From Bilabrum cf. latius (taxonomy: Eukaryota), in assembly GCA_965178125.1 (NCBI GenBank), contig OZ237752.1, forward strand, positions 434,001-498,000: DNA of 64,000 nt, given 5' to 3'. The notes below the pieces were generated by a model that did not search any database, was not told the origin of the DNA, and saw only the letters and a list, made by a program, of their open reading frames with translations. This document shows positions 35,601 to 47,025 of the stretch, piece after piece; position 1 is the first letter of the stretch, and each line of letters opens with the position of its first letter. The translations under genes and the position numbers were made by a program.

Positions 35601-37923
35601 GCGCAAGGTCAGGGAAGCCAAGGCCGCCGCGCGTGCCGCCGCCAAGGCCCGCAAGGCCCAGAGGCAAGCAGAGAAGGACAAGGCTGTCGCCGCAAAGGCA
35701 GAGAAGGAGCGGCAGTCCAAGGCACTCTCTGACCCTGCCGTTGCTGCTGCAGCCGCTGCTGCATCCGCCTCTAGCAGCAGCTCCTAGCCAGCCGTGGATG
35801 CCGGCAACGAGGCCTCCGCACCGGCCGCGAGCAGCAGCAGCAGCAGCAGCTCCTCCGCCAGCGCTAGCGTTTCTGCGGGGGGCGCCGATGGCGACGCTGC
35901 TGCGAGCCAGGAGGCAGCCGACACGGTGGACGCGCGGGACAGGGACGAGGTGTGGATGCGGGAGGCCTACCCAGACCTCAAGATGCTGGCCATCGGGGAG
36001 GCAGCCGCGCTCATGCCACAGCCGGGAACTCCTGCGTCCTCCACCGTGAACATGGCAGCCACAGCAGGCGCGTGGGCGGCCTACGATGCGCTGCAGCACT
36101 TCAGGGGCGCTCGCATCTCGCACGAGAGGCTTCTGAGGCCAGCTTCCTTTTCCCCCGAGCAGGAAGCGGGGGCTCTCTTCACGGTGCTGCCGCCAGCCCG
36201 CGTGATGCTGCACGCGGCGCAAGAGGCGAGGGAGGTGCTGTGGCATGAACTGGCCGCGCGCTGGGGGCCCCAAGTTGTCAAGGCGTGGTCTCCCGAGCAG
36301 CCCGAAACGAGCGCCATCGTGCACGTGGAAGCGGCCCAGCGCATGGCATTCGACCAGGAGGAAAGGTTCGTGCGGCTGAGGCACGGGGGGGTGCACTCCC
36401 GCGCCTGGTTCTGTGAGTCGGTAGATGACGCTATGAGGCTGGAGGCTATCGTAGGCAAGCAGGCGGCAAGCAAGGCGGAGAAGCAGGCCGCAGCCGCCGC
36501 CGCCGCTGCTGCTTCGGCCAACTTGTCGTCGAGCCGTGCCAGTTCGGGGACCCCGAAGCGGTCGGCTGCAGCTCCTGGCGGCGCTTCCGCTTCCTCTGCA
36601 AGCGGCACATCGTCCTCGTCCCGCCCCCAGAGGTCTTCGTCAACCAGCTCGGTGCCGGGGCAAGGGAACGACCCATCCGCGGCGGGGGCTGACGGCACGT
36701 CCTTCGCGGGGGTGGCTGCCCCAGCAGACAAGAGCAAGCGCTCGCCGGGGTACAAGGCGGCCTAGGCGCTGCTTCAGCCAGAGCCCAGCGTCCCCTGGGC
36801 CCCCGACGTCGACTCGTGCAGGTCTCGCACGGCCTGGCATACGGAGCCCCTGCCGCTGCTGCCGGGTGCTCGGCAGCCGCAAGCCCCTACGGATGGGGCC
36901 CAGGCAGCGGGGGGGAGCGGGGAACAAGCGGGCTCGTCACAGCAGGCTGCGGCTGGTACCTTGAACGGCGCCGGCTAGGGCGCGGCGAGCGCTGGGGTGC
37001 AGCCACCCCCACCTCTTTCCAACCCGAACGAGGCAATCCTCGCCTCCTAGCGGCCGGCCCCCAACGCTGACGCTGTGGCTGCCAGCCTGACCGGGCTGAG
37101 GCAGCACCTGGAGACTATGGTGCACTCGGGAGCTGCGCGGCGTGACGGTGCGGGTGGCGGCGATGTGGCCGGGGACCAGCCAGCTGAGGTGGTGAGCATG
37201 GCTTGGGACGGCACCCCCAAGGGATTCTCCGCGCGCGTTGCGTGCAGGGCCGCTCTGCTTTAGCTGGAGTAGCGTGTGGTTTCGTCTGGCATGCTTCTGT
37301 CGACTGGGACGGGATGGGAGGGGTCAGAGTACCGCGCCAGGTGGCGTGCCCGCGTGGCAGGCGCCGTGCCGGTGCTGCCTGAATCGGAGCTGCAGAGACG
37401 GGTCAGCGGTATTTTCCATGCCCTTGAGGCGGGGTCGAATTCAGTTGAGGCTGCGCCTGGTGGTCAGGGGGCCGGTGACGGCGTTAAGTCGGATGGTTTG
37501 CTCCAGTCAGCCTTGTCCAAGGCATGCAGTCCCAGCACGCTCGCCGCCATCCAGCGGAGTGCGGCCTGCGTTGCGTCTCTTCGGGCGTGCATGCTCCATC
37601 TCGAAGACAGGGTCACGGCGGAAAGTGACCTTGCGAGCGGTGCGGCGCAGCACGACACGGACGCGCTGGGGATGCCCGAGGGCGCGGCGCAGCTGGCGCG
37701 GGACAAGGGGGCGGGAGAGGCCGTGGCGGAGTGCTGGGGCGTGGCCCGGCCACACTGGCGCCGCGCCGTGTGGGAAGCTCGCACGGTGAGCCAGCTGTAC
37801 TGGCTCGTGAAGGTGTGGGAGCAGTCGGGCTTCGACTGGAGGATTCTTCACGGCGGCGCGAAGGCCAGGCGGAGGAGGAAGGCGATGCGTTCGCAAGCTG
37901 GCAAGGGCATCATGAAGTATTGA
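23616..37923 (+). CDS. Giant (~4,570 aa) DDT/WHIM/WSD chromatin protein (BAZ/ACF1/MBD9-like ISWI partner) with SAP, RFTS-like, DEK_C and bromodomain-like modules; introns ~23634-23776 (or -23788), 25660-25810, 26115-26247, 26404-26562; 18 in-frame TAG
   Basis: SAP: YTKLPVRQLRQLLRHRGLVVDGARKTVIDRVRRYL. RFTS-like: LDNFAFYDESG*PVPLEYLD ... LWVRTQKSWYRV..PSPAYRRLF. DEK_C: ISMKAIRLEVENRMGRSLQDHKHTLKEMV. DDT: VVSCWIQLCRLAPLLRVSPIGLEALAQAL. Bromo-like: CYKILSDLM..LDLQIVCWRLLSGYY..FARDVRMVL. WHIM1: DFRHWPFEWRLSLLQWL. WSD: HLGEDRAGRKYW..LLPNGRSDGPLLQNI. C-terminal WRRAVWEARTVSQLY. All introns join in phase. Ends TGA 37921. Confidence 0.8.
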
Positions 37924-40122
37924 AAAAGTCGTATCGTTCCATTCAGTCATCACCACCACCTTCGATATCTCGCACCGAACCCTCGTCCAAAGCTGAATCC
38001 CCGTGGCACTTATCCAACATCGGATTGAGGCTCCCGAGTTCACTCAGGATGATCCAGCAACACCTATACCCCGTCATGGTGGGGTTGTGGTGTAGCTAGA
38101 GCTCCTGGATCTTCGGTAAATGCAAGGAACTTTTTGTTCCTCCAGAATTTCACAAAACTTCACAATGCTATACATGTGGGTGGGCATTCAAATTGGGTTG
38201 CTTGCATTGTGTGGTGGGATAATCCACCTAGTTGTCCACCTGCGAAAGTACACATGAACTTGGGAGTGGCTGTCGCGGTAGGCATTTCGAACACAATGTC
38301 CATTCAATACAAGTAACAGGCATACAGACACGCCAAATCCGAGGCCTCGGATGGTGATGCATGAATTGTTTGGGCTCAGCACGAAGTTGTCAGAGTCTGG
38401 TTGAACAGTGTTTCCTCATTGGCCTGGCTCCAAATCGAACAACAAGACTTAAGACGCAGATAAAAGGCAAATTGAAGCTCAGCACACTGCTCGGGTCTTC
38501 TTAGAGGTTAAAATTTAGTTTGTCGTCACGAAGCGAGCCGCCCTTGCGGGTAGGCTCAAGTCAGTGGATTGACAGATAAATGGTCTCTTCACCGCAGCTG
38601 CCGTTGCCACATATCGCAGCAATTATCTGGACAAAACCAATATCGAATCATTTCAAGCTGTCAACACGGGCAAGGGGTCAGTGAACTTTGAAGACTATTC
38701 AAGCACACGTTTTCCGATCATGGCCACGCAGCCGGTGAAGGCCGGGCTCAAGAACACGGACCAATGTGTTATTCTTCATTCCCCAAATATACAAGATTAA
38801 CAAAGAAAATGCTATCGTCAACCTACACGGCCGAGGCAACCACACAGCTGCAGTCGTGTATGGCATGACCCAAACAATGATAACCCTCAGATACTATCTA
38901 GCGTTGGAAGCAAGTATCGTCAGTGCAGAAGCCACGAAGACTATCTGTTCTCCGAACCAAAAGGTGCCTCGGTCTCTTCAGCGGGCCAACTTTTGTGGTA
39001 ACAGCAAACCAAGTCACGAAAAGTGTTTACACGCATATGCTGCACGAATCTCACCTTTTAAGAACGTAGCAATAGTGATACACTCTGATTCGACAGGAAA
39101 ATCTGTGCAACTGCGGGTTTAGTAAGGAAGAAGCTCAAGGAATGGATAGTCACGGTGGCCGTAGAGACATGGGTTCAAGCTGATGCCAACAGCGGCCGCG
39201 AATCAACACCCCTCAAACAATGTAGATAAGTTACTCCATGTGCCACGTAATGCGACAGTCAGGTAGAGCTAATATGAGTTTCTCATAGAGGTGTATGCAG
39301 TGAACCGCAACAGTCCCAAACATACAGGCTACTCCAGGTCAGACAAGGCTGAAACAATAGAATCCTCAGTGCCAATGGCTCGGAATCCTTTAGCATAATT
39401 GTTCAGTTCATCACTCCTGGTGCAGACCCGGGACGGGCAGGCGCGGCAAACATGCACAAGCCGCCAGAGCACACAAACAGAACACTATATCGGTCGTCGG
39501 ACTAAAAAGAATGCGTTCTCGTCACTCCCTAAGGTAGGAAGACCGTCGTAATTAGCATAAATGAGGTTCTTCATTCGACCTACAACGGACAAACACTGAT
39601 CCCTAATCTACGATTCGATTCAGGCCAAGGGCTGACTGTCAATCCGTACACACCTGCCGCGGCCGTACAGTACAGCGAGGGATCAAACACGGCTGAGGAC
39701 TTACAGCTATTTCATAATGCACGGGTTTCACCAGTGATGAAATCGCCTGAAATTCTACTCCATTTGGGTGCCTAATTGTGCCTTCAGCGCAGGCAGCGGC
39801 GGCAGCGGCTGTCATAAACTGCACCTTACAAAATATGTAATTTATTCAGCGCTCGGTTCCTAGACGTGGGAAAGAGAGCGCCAAGGCAACGCAAACTTGA
39901 AGTGGGATATCTTGCTGCCCCGGCATTTTATCTTTGTTGTGTGCAGGCCAGGCTGCAGTACTACACGCCCTGCTGGCTGTTAGCTCGACGGAGACTTCCG
40001 TTGGACAGCTCTTTCTTGCAGCGGGTACATTCAACAGCTGAAGAGTTCGCTTGCCTAGGCGGAGCAGTTACCTTGATTGCTCAAGATAAGCTCTTTCATA
40101 CACGTTGAAGTTGTTATTAAGT

Positions 40123-43100
40123 ATGGAATCTGGAGCCAGTCGCAGGTTAGAGACATCGCAGAGTGTCCGTTCTGTCACGTCATCGAAAAAATCTGTGAGA
40201 CCGAAGAGGGTGTGAAGGGCGCTATCAGACCATCTAAAAAGATACTAGTTACTTTATTTCATTGCTAGGCTCGTCTTTTTAAGCAGGCCGATGACTTGCG
40301 AGAGTACTCGTGCTGTTGCCTCACCAGGTCCAGCTGGCTCCGAAGCTCCGCCATCCAGCTGTGGGCCCATCCGTGGTTCGATCGGTTCATCGTCGGGTGT
40401 ATTTTGCTGAACTGTGCCATTTTGGCCTTGAACGACCCACTTGATGTGGAGTCTGACGGCTGGCGGAACAAGGTCATCGAGGCAGCGGAGCTGCCATTCA
40501 CGATCATCTTCACAATCGAAATGATCGTGAAAATCATTGCCATGGACTTTATCGGCCCAAAATCGTATCTATCTGACGCTTGGAATTGGCTCGACTTTGT
40601 GGTGGTGCTGACCGGGTAAGAGCGCCATATTCTAGATTGACTCCAGCTTGCGTGCCGTGCGCCAAACAGCCCTTTTTCGTCTGTAGGCCTATCAAATGAT
40701 CTTGCAGGTTCATTTCTATGTTTCCATCGATGGGAAACTACTCCGCGCTGCGTACCTTCCGGGTGCTTCGGCCGCTGCGGACACTGACCTCGATTGAGAG
40801 CATGCGGGTGATCGTCAAGTCCATGCTGGCGTCCATCCCAGCCCTGTTCAGCGTGGTTCTTCTGTGCGCCTTCATCTTCCTTGTTTTCGGAATTGTTGGT
40901 GTGCAGTTGTGGCCTGGAGCTCTCCAAGGTCGCTGCATGTACGAGGACCCCGAGGCGCCCGGCACTCTGCTCCAGACGCCAGCAGAGCAGCACTGCCCCG
41001 TCTCGTGTGCGGACCAAGCAGAACTGTACCCTGGCGTTGAGTGCATTTAGTACTATGGGTAGCAATGCAGTTCCCAGACAGAGCTGCTGCATTCGTTCGC
41101 AAACGGAACCACTGCATCGGTGGTGCTGCCGACAGTGTGCCGCTATGTGGAGAACCCCAACTTCGGTTTCACCGGCTTTGACAACATCGGGCAGGCATTC
41201 CTGACTATCTTCACGTCAATCACCCTAGAGGGCTGGGTGGACGTGATGTACGGCCTGAACGCAAGCTGGGGAATCGCCCCGTTCAACGCCTTCTACTTCA
41301 TCTGCCTAATCCTGTTCGGCAGCTTCTTCCTCCTCAACCTGGCCCTCGCCGTGATCTGGGACGAGTACGAGAAGGCCGAACAGCAAGAGGCCGAAAAGCA
41401 CGAGAAAGAGGCCGCGGAGCAAGCTGCAATCGATGACGAGAAGCGCGCGAATGGGGAGGAAGTGCCGGCGAGGGGCAGCGGCGATACCGACGAGGGGGAA
41501 CGCGACGAGGACGAGGCACAGCTGCACCAAGCCCTGAATTCGTGCTGCGGGTCTGCCGGCCGGCCCATCGTCGAGAGCCTCACAGTGATCGTGGAAGCTC
41601 CGCTATTCGACTACGTGGTCACATTCCTCATCATACTCAACACGGTGGCTCTGTCAATGGAGTATCACGGCATGTCGGAGAGTTACACGACCGGGCTCGA
41701 GGTTGCCAACTACATCTTCACCGCGTGCTTCGCCATGGAGATGGTCTTCAAGATGCTCGGCCTGGGTCTCGCCGGCTACTTTTCCGTCAAATTTAACATC
41801 TTTGACTGCGTGATCGTCGCATTTTCGCTGGTGGAGATCGGGTTCGAGCTGGCGAGCTCGGATGCTCTGGGTGCCGGGCTGTCCGCACTGCGCACCTTCC
41901 GCCTCCTCAGGGTGTTCAAGCTGGCCAAATCGTGGGAGGATCTAAACAAGCTATTGTCTACCATCGCGCAGAGCATCATGGAGGTGGCCAACGCCTCGGT
42001 GGTCCTGCTCATCATCATGTTCATCTTCGTGCTGCTAGGCATGCAGATGTTCGGCGGAGTCTACGACGACAGCTTCTCGCCGGATGAGAAGCCGAGGGCG
42101 CACTTTGACAACTTCTGGTGGGCATTTGTGACCGTGTTCCAGGTTCTCACGGGCGAAAACTGGAACGAAGTTCTGTACAACACCATGTTTGCCGCGGGCC
42201 CTGGTGCGGCTGTCCTGTACTTCGTTGCTCTCAACATGGTCGGCAACTACCTCATCCTCAACCTTTTCCTGGCAATCCTGCTAGGTAATTTTGATGTAGA
42301 GCCGGACGTTGATGAAGACGAGGAGGAGGAAGAGGCGGGGAGCGGAGAAATAGGTCAAGGCTTTGGAAAGTCAGCTGCTGGAATGCACAATTCGCCGGGC
42401 GGGTCGGCCATCGTCGATGTCGCGAGGCGTGGACTTGGCAGCAGCAGCAGCGGCGGCGCCATGCCGCAATACACCGAGACCGAGTCCTCTGGGCTGTCTA
42501 GTCCCAAGCCCTTGCCGGCGGCGTCTGGCAACACCAAGGAGCTTCGTGCAGCGCTGTTCAGTGCTGCCTCGTCATCGCATGGGCCAGCTCCGTTCCAGGT
42601 CGAGCCCACAAAGAAGCCAGCGTCTACCTTGTCATCGGGAGCAGCGGAAGAACTGCCGCTTGGTGGCGCAAGTCGAGTGCTTTCAGCCCCAAAAAAGGGG
42701 GCATCTGACCACCTGATCGCCAGCAAGGGCGGTGCAAGCGGGCACCAAGGTGAAGAGAATGAGAAGGAGCTCCGGCAGTCTGTCTCGATGGAGGAGTTGC
42801 ACAGCGAGCAGAACCGCCATTCAGAAAACCAATCCATGGATGTCGCTGGCACCGCAAGCTCCAAGGCCACAGATGTGAACGCATCCTCACAGAGTGCCAA
42901 AGGACCAGGAACGGAGGCTGCGCAGGCTCACTCGTCGTTCGTCGTTGGAGTGGGGGGCAGCGCCGCGTCGCACTCGACACCATCTACGAACGCCAGCAGA
43001 CAGTCTAAAAGGTCCCAGAAGAGCGGCACTCCGCGGACCTCCAGGGAACTGAGCACCCCCACTAGGGGCAGTCGCCGGCGATCGAACGTGCTGAAGACGG

Positions 43101-46100
43101 CCATGTCGTTCCGCGGAAGAGAGGCCCGCATGGAGACCAAGCTGGCTGGTCCTGGCGGGAAAGAGATCACTGTGGGTCTCTCGGCGTTCGGAGACGTGGA
43201 GATATCGTCTCCGAAGAAGAAGAAGGAGAAGGCGTCTGGGGAGGGCGGCGAGAAGACCTACCAGGACCGCTTCTGGCAGCAAGCAAGCAGTGGAGAGGCC
43301 GCAAACTGCTGGGACGACTACTCCCTGTTCCTGTTTGCACCGGGCAATATACTCCGGCAGGGTTGCTTCGCGCTGGCGCACAACAAGTGGTTCGATCGAG
43401 TGATCCTGGCGCTGATTGCCATATCCTCCATCCTGCTGGCCATCGATGAGCCGAGGCTTGCGAGCTGCAAGGACCTGCCCACTTCCGACCCATCCAGCTG
43501 CAAAGTGCTCTCGGACACGCTTTTCTGGATGGACGTAGTCATATCGGGCTTCTTCGTCCTCGAGATGGTGGTCAAAGTCGTGGCCTTGGGCTTTGTGATC
43601 GGTGAGGACGCCTACCTCCGGTCCAGCTGGAACATCCTGGATTTCGTGATCGTGATCATATCCATCGTGTCACTGGCAGTAGGAGACGGCGGGTCTCAGC
43701 TCAAGGCCCTCAAGAGCATGCGGGCTCTTCGCGCCCTCAGGCCGCTGCGGGTGGTGGCTCGAAACCCGGGACTTCGACTGGTGGTCAACGCAATCTTCGG
43801 CTCCTTGCCAAAGGTGAGCAACGTGGCCCTGGTGAACTTCCTGTTCTTCCTCGTATTCGCAGTCATCGGAGTGCAGAACTTCATGGGGGCGCTCAATCGG
43901 TGCAACGACGAGTCCGTGTCAGAGGCGAACCAGTGCGTGGGCACGTACAACGCCACCGGGGACGCATGCATGCAGCTGCCGACTCCCGAGGAATCAGATG
44001 CTTGCGCACAGTCTCCGGTGGGAGCACCGTTTCCGCGCATTTGGGGACCGCCACCCTTCCATTTTGACAACGTGCTCAACTCCCTATTGACCGTGTGGGA
44101 GGTTGCCACGGGGGAGATGTGGCCGGATATCATGTACGAAGCAGTGGACGCCGTGGGACCGGACCAGCCACAGGTGCGAGACAACAACCCCGCGGCTGCC
44201 CTGTACTTCCTGGCCATCAACGTGGTCTTCGCCTTCTTCATGCTGGAGATTTTCACCGGTATTGTCATAGACAACTTCAACAACATCAAGGAGACTGCTT
44301 CTGGGTCTGCCCTGCTGACGGAGGACCAGCGCAAGTGGGTGGCCTCCACCAAGATGATGCTGTCCGTGAAGCCAGAAGAAGCCGTGAAGCCGCCTCCACC
44401 GAGCGGTTTTGATTGGTTTGATGCGTGCAGGTAGTGGTGCTGTGATGTGGCGCAGGCGGTGTGGTTCGAGTGGACGATCATGGCACTGATTCTGCTCAAT
44501 ACGGCAGTGTTGGCGGCTAGAACCTTCGGCCAGTCTCAACAGGTGGAGCTGGGCTTTGAGATTGCGAACTATGTCTTTGCTGCGCTGTTCATGCTCGAGG
44601 CCGCCATCAAGCTGCTCGGTCTCGGCCTGCAGCAGTACTTCCGCAAGCGCTGGAACATCTTCGACTTTGTGCTGGTGCTGGCTAGCATCGTTGGCATCGC
44701 TGCGAATTTCGGGTCCGTCGCCACTCTGTTCAGGATCGTGCGTGTCGCGAGGGTGGTCCGCCTCGTGAAGGTGTCAAAGGGGCTGCAACGTATGTTCAGG
44801 ACGCTCATCTTCGCCATCCCGCAGCTGATTAACGTGTTTGGGGTGCTGCTGCTGGTCTTCTTCATCTTCGCCTGCGTTGGCATGAACCTGTTCGGCGGGA
44901 TCAAGCATGGCGAATTCCTGAACGGCGATGCCAACTTTGATACTTTCTTTGTGGCCATGCTGACTCTGTTCCGCATCTCCACGGGTGAGTCGTACAACGG
45001 CATCATGCACGACTGCATGGTCCGGCCTCCGTTCTGCGTAGATGGGCAGAACTGCGGAGACGTCATCATCGCCCCGCTGTACTTCGTCTTCTTCTACATC
45101 ATGTCGGCGTTCATCCTGTTGAACCTGCTGGTCGCCATCATCCTGGACCAGTTCCAGGACACCAAGAGGCTAGAGGAGCGGGCTGGGTCCTTCGTTCTGA
45201 CTCCCTCCATGCTCGAGCATTTCCAGGGCACCTGGCAGACCGTCGACCCGGACGCGAGCGGTTTCGTCAAGTACGATGGCCTCATGAAGCTGGTCACGTC
45301 TCTCGATTACCCCTTAGGCCTGCGGGGTCACCCTGCCATCCGCACTGACAAGCAGCTGGTGCCCGAGGCAACCAGGCTGCTGTCGCTGCTCGACGTGCCG
45401 CACGTGAGCGGGGAGAGGTACCCCATGCTGGTGGTGCTGCAGTCGCTGGCCAACAACGCGGGGGAGCCGGAGTGGTCCGAGCTGGAGGTTGCGGCAACTG
45501 TCATGAACGTCGATGGTGACATCAAGTCGTTCGGTGGGATCTAGCAAGCTATGGCGGTGCGGGCGATCCAGAAAACCGCCCGGATTTGGCTCGCTGCCTT
45601 GGGGCTACGAAACAAAAGTGGGATCAACAAGCAGCCGAGCGAATCAAGCGTTTCTCAAGAACTGGAGCTCGCCACAAAGGGCGATGAAGCGCCTCAGGCT
45701 GCACAAACCGAGGGAGGGGCTCACGCCAGCGATGGAGGGGGTGCTGCCGCAGCTGCTGGGGATGCAGAGCTGAACAATAATGATACGCTCGAAATGATCG
45801 CCGAAGATAAGTGGCGGCACGAAAGTGGACACGCGGGTGCGCTGTCCAAGGTTAGTCCAGAGGGGCCTGTTGAATCGTTGCGGGTCGCAGGGGGAAAGCA
45901 GGAACGGTCAACTGCAGCAGCGAGTGGATCGGATCCCAAGACTGCTGTGGATAGCTCACGGGGTGCTCGTGCAACCGATGGTTTGAGTATTGTCGAGGAT
46001 ATGCCAGCCCACTCAAAGAGTGGCAATGAGATAGGCCGCCCGCCACAGCACGATAGATCCAAGTCGCCGGCAGGCGTGGTTCGATTGCCTCCGATAGGGG

Positions 46101-46111
46101 GCACTAATTGA
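40123..46111 (+). CDS. Four-domain voltage-gated cation channel alpha subunit with EEEE filter (Cav-like), ~1,940 aa; introns 40195-40268 and 40616-40707; TAG at 41048, 41060, 44432, 45542
   Basis: Four S4 sensors: LRTFRVLRPLR, LRTFRLLRVFK, MRALRALRPLR, FRIVRVARVVR. Pore loops: ITLEGW, LTGENW, ATGEMW, STGESY. EF-hand-like WQTVDPDASGFV and IQ-like AVRAIQKTAR follow domain IV. Ends TGA TGA. The first exon is inferred from phase-compatible splice sites. Confidence 0.94.
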
Positions 46112-46149
46112 TGACGTTTATATATCTTTGATAACTTTGTACACCGTAG

Positions 46150-46167
46150 CCGGCGCCGTGAAAGGTC
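46150..46167 (+). repeat. Left terminal inverted repeat core of the transposon
   Basis: CCGGCGCCGTGAAAGGTC, the exact reverse complement of 50027-50044. Confidence 0.9.
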
Positions 46168-47025
46168 CGCCATTATTGGCATTCCGAGTCCCAAAATCGC
46201 GACCATCGTGCCTTTAGGCTCCCATTGCTGAGAACTGGACCAATTTCTTGGGTAAATTTACATTGCAAAAATATCTAATGTAACATTTAAATGTAATGCA
46301 GTCCCAACGGAGCCATGCAATTCGCAGCATTAGACTGAAAACGAGTCGTGCTTGCGACCACCATTTTTGGCGACCACCCCCAGCCCAAGATTTTACTCGC
46401 TGGCGAGGGGTGCCAGATGCACGCACCGTGTGCCGCCAAAAAAGCTTTTCTTTGGTTTCTGTTGGTACTTAGTAGTTGAACACATACTTGACAACATGTT
46501 ATCAGGTCGCCAGGCTCATTCATTAGCAATCTAGCGAAATTTGGCTGCCATTCCAACACACGTCGGTTCAAACGGTTCCAAAATTTGCAGGGCATTTATA
46601 CCTTAGCGCAATAGACTTTTAACACACTGGCACTACTGTTGAGATACAAGGGTATTGAATGCAATATCATGTGGAGGATTCCGTCTAAGTTTGCGAGAAG
46701 AACGAGTGGGAGGCGAAAAAGTGGCTCCAGCGGCGCGTCCGAAGTTGGGTCTCGGGGTGCAAGTGCCCCTGGTGGGAGTGCCTCGTCTCGGCGTCACGAG
46801 CAGAAATCCGCCAAACTCAGGCTCATCGATCAAATTGAGTACGGTATTGTTATGGTTGATGGAATTGCATGGGCTGTAGCCGGCTATTTTCGGGGTACCG
46901 TACAATCTGCCGCAGAGGCACCGGAAGCCATGAATGTGGCACTCATTGACAGTATCCATGCATCCGTGGTATGCTTGACGAGGTGTTGGTTGAAAATCAT
47001 TCCATGGTGATGTGGACGAGCTTAA

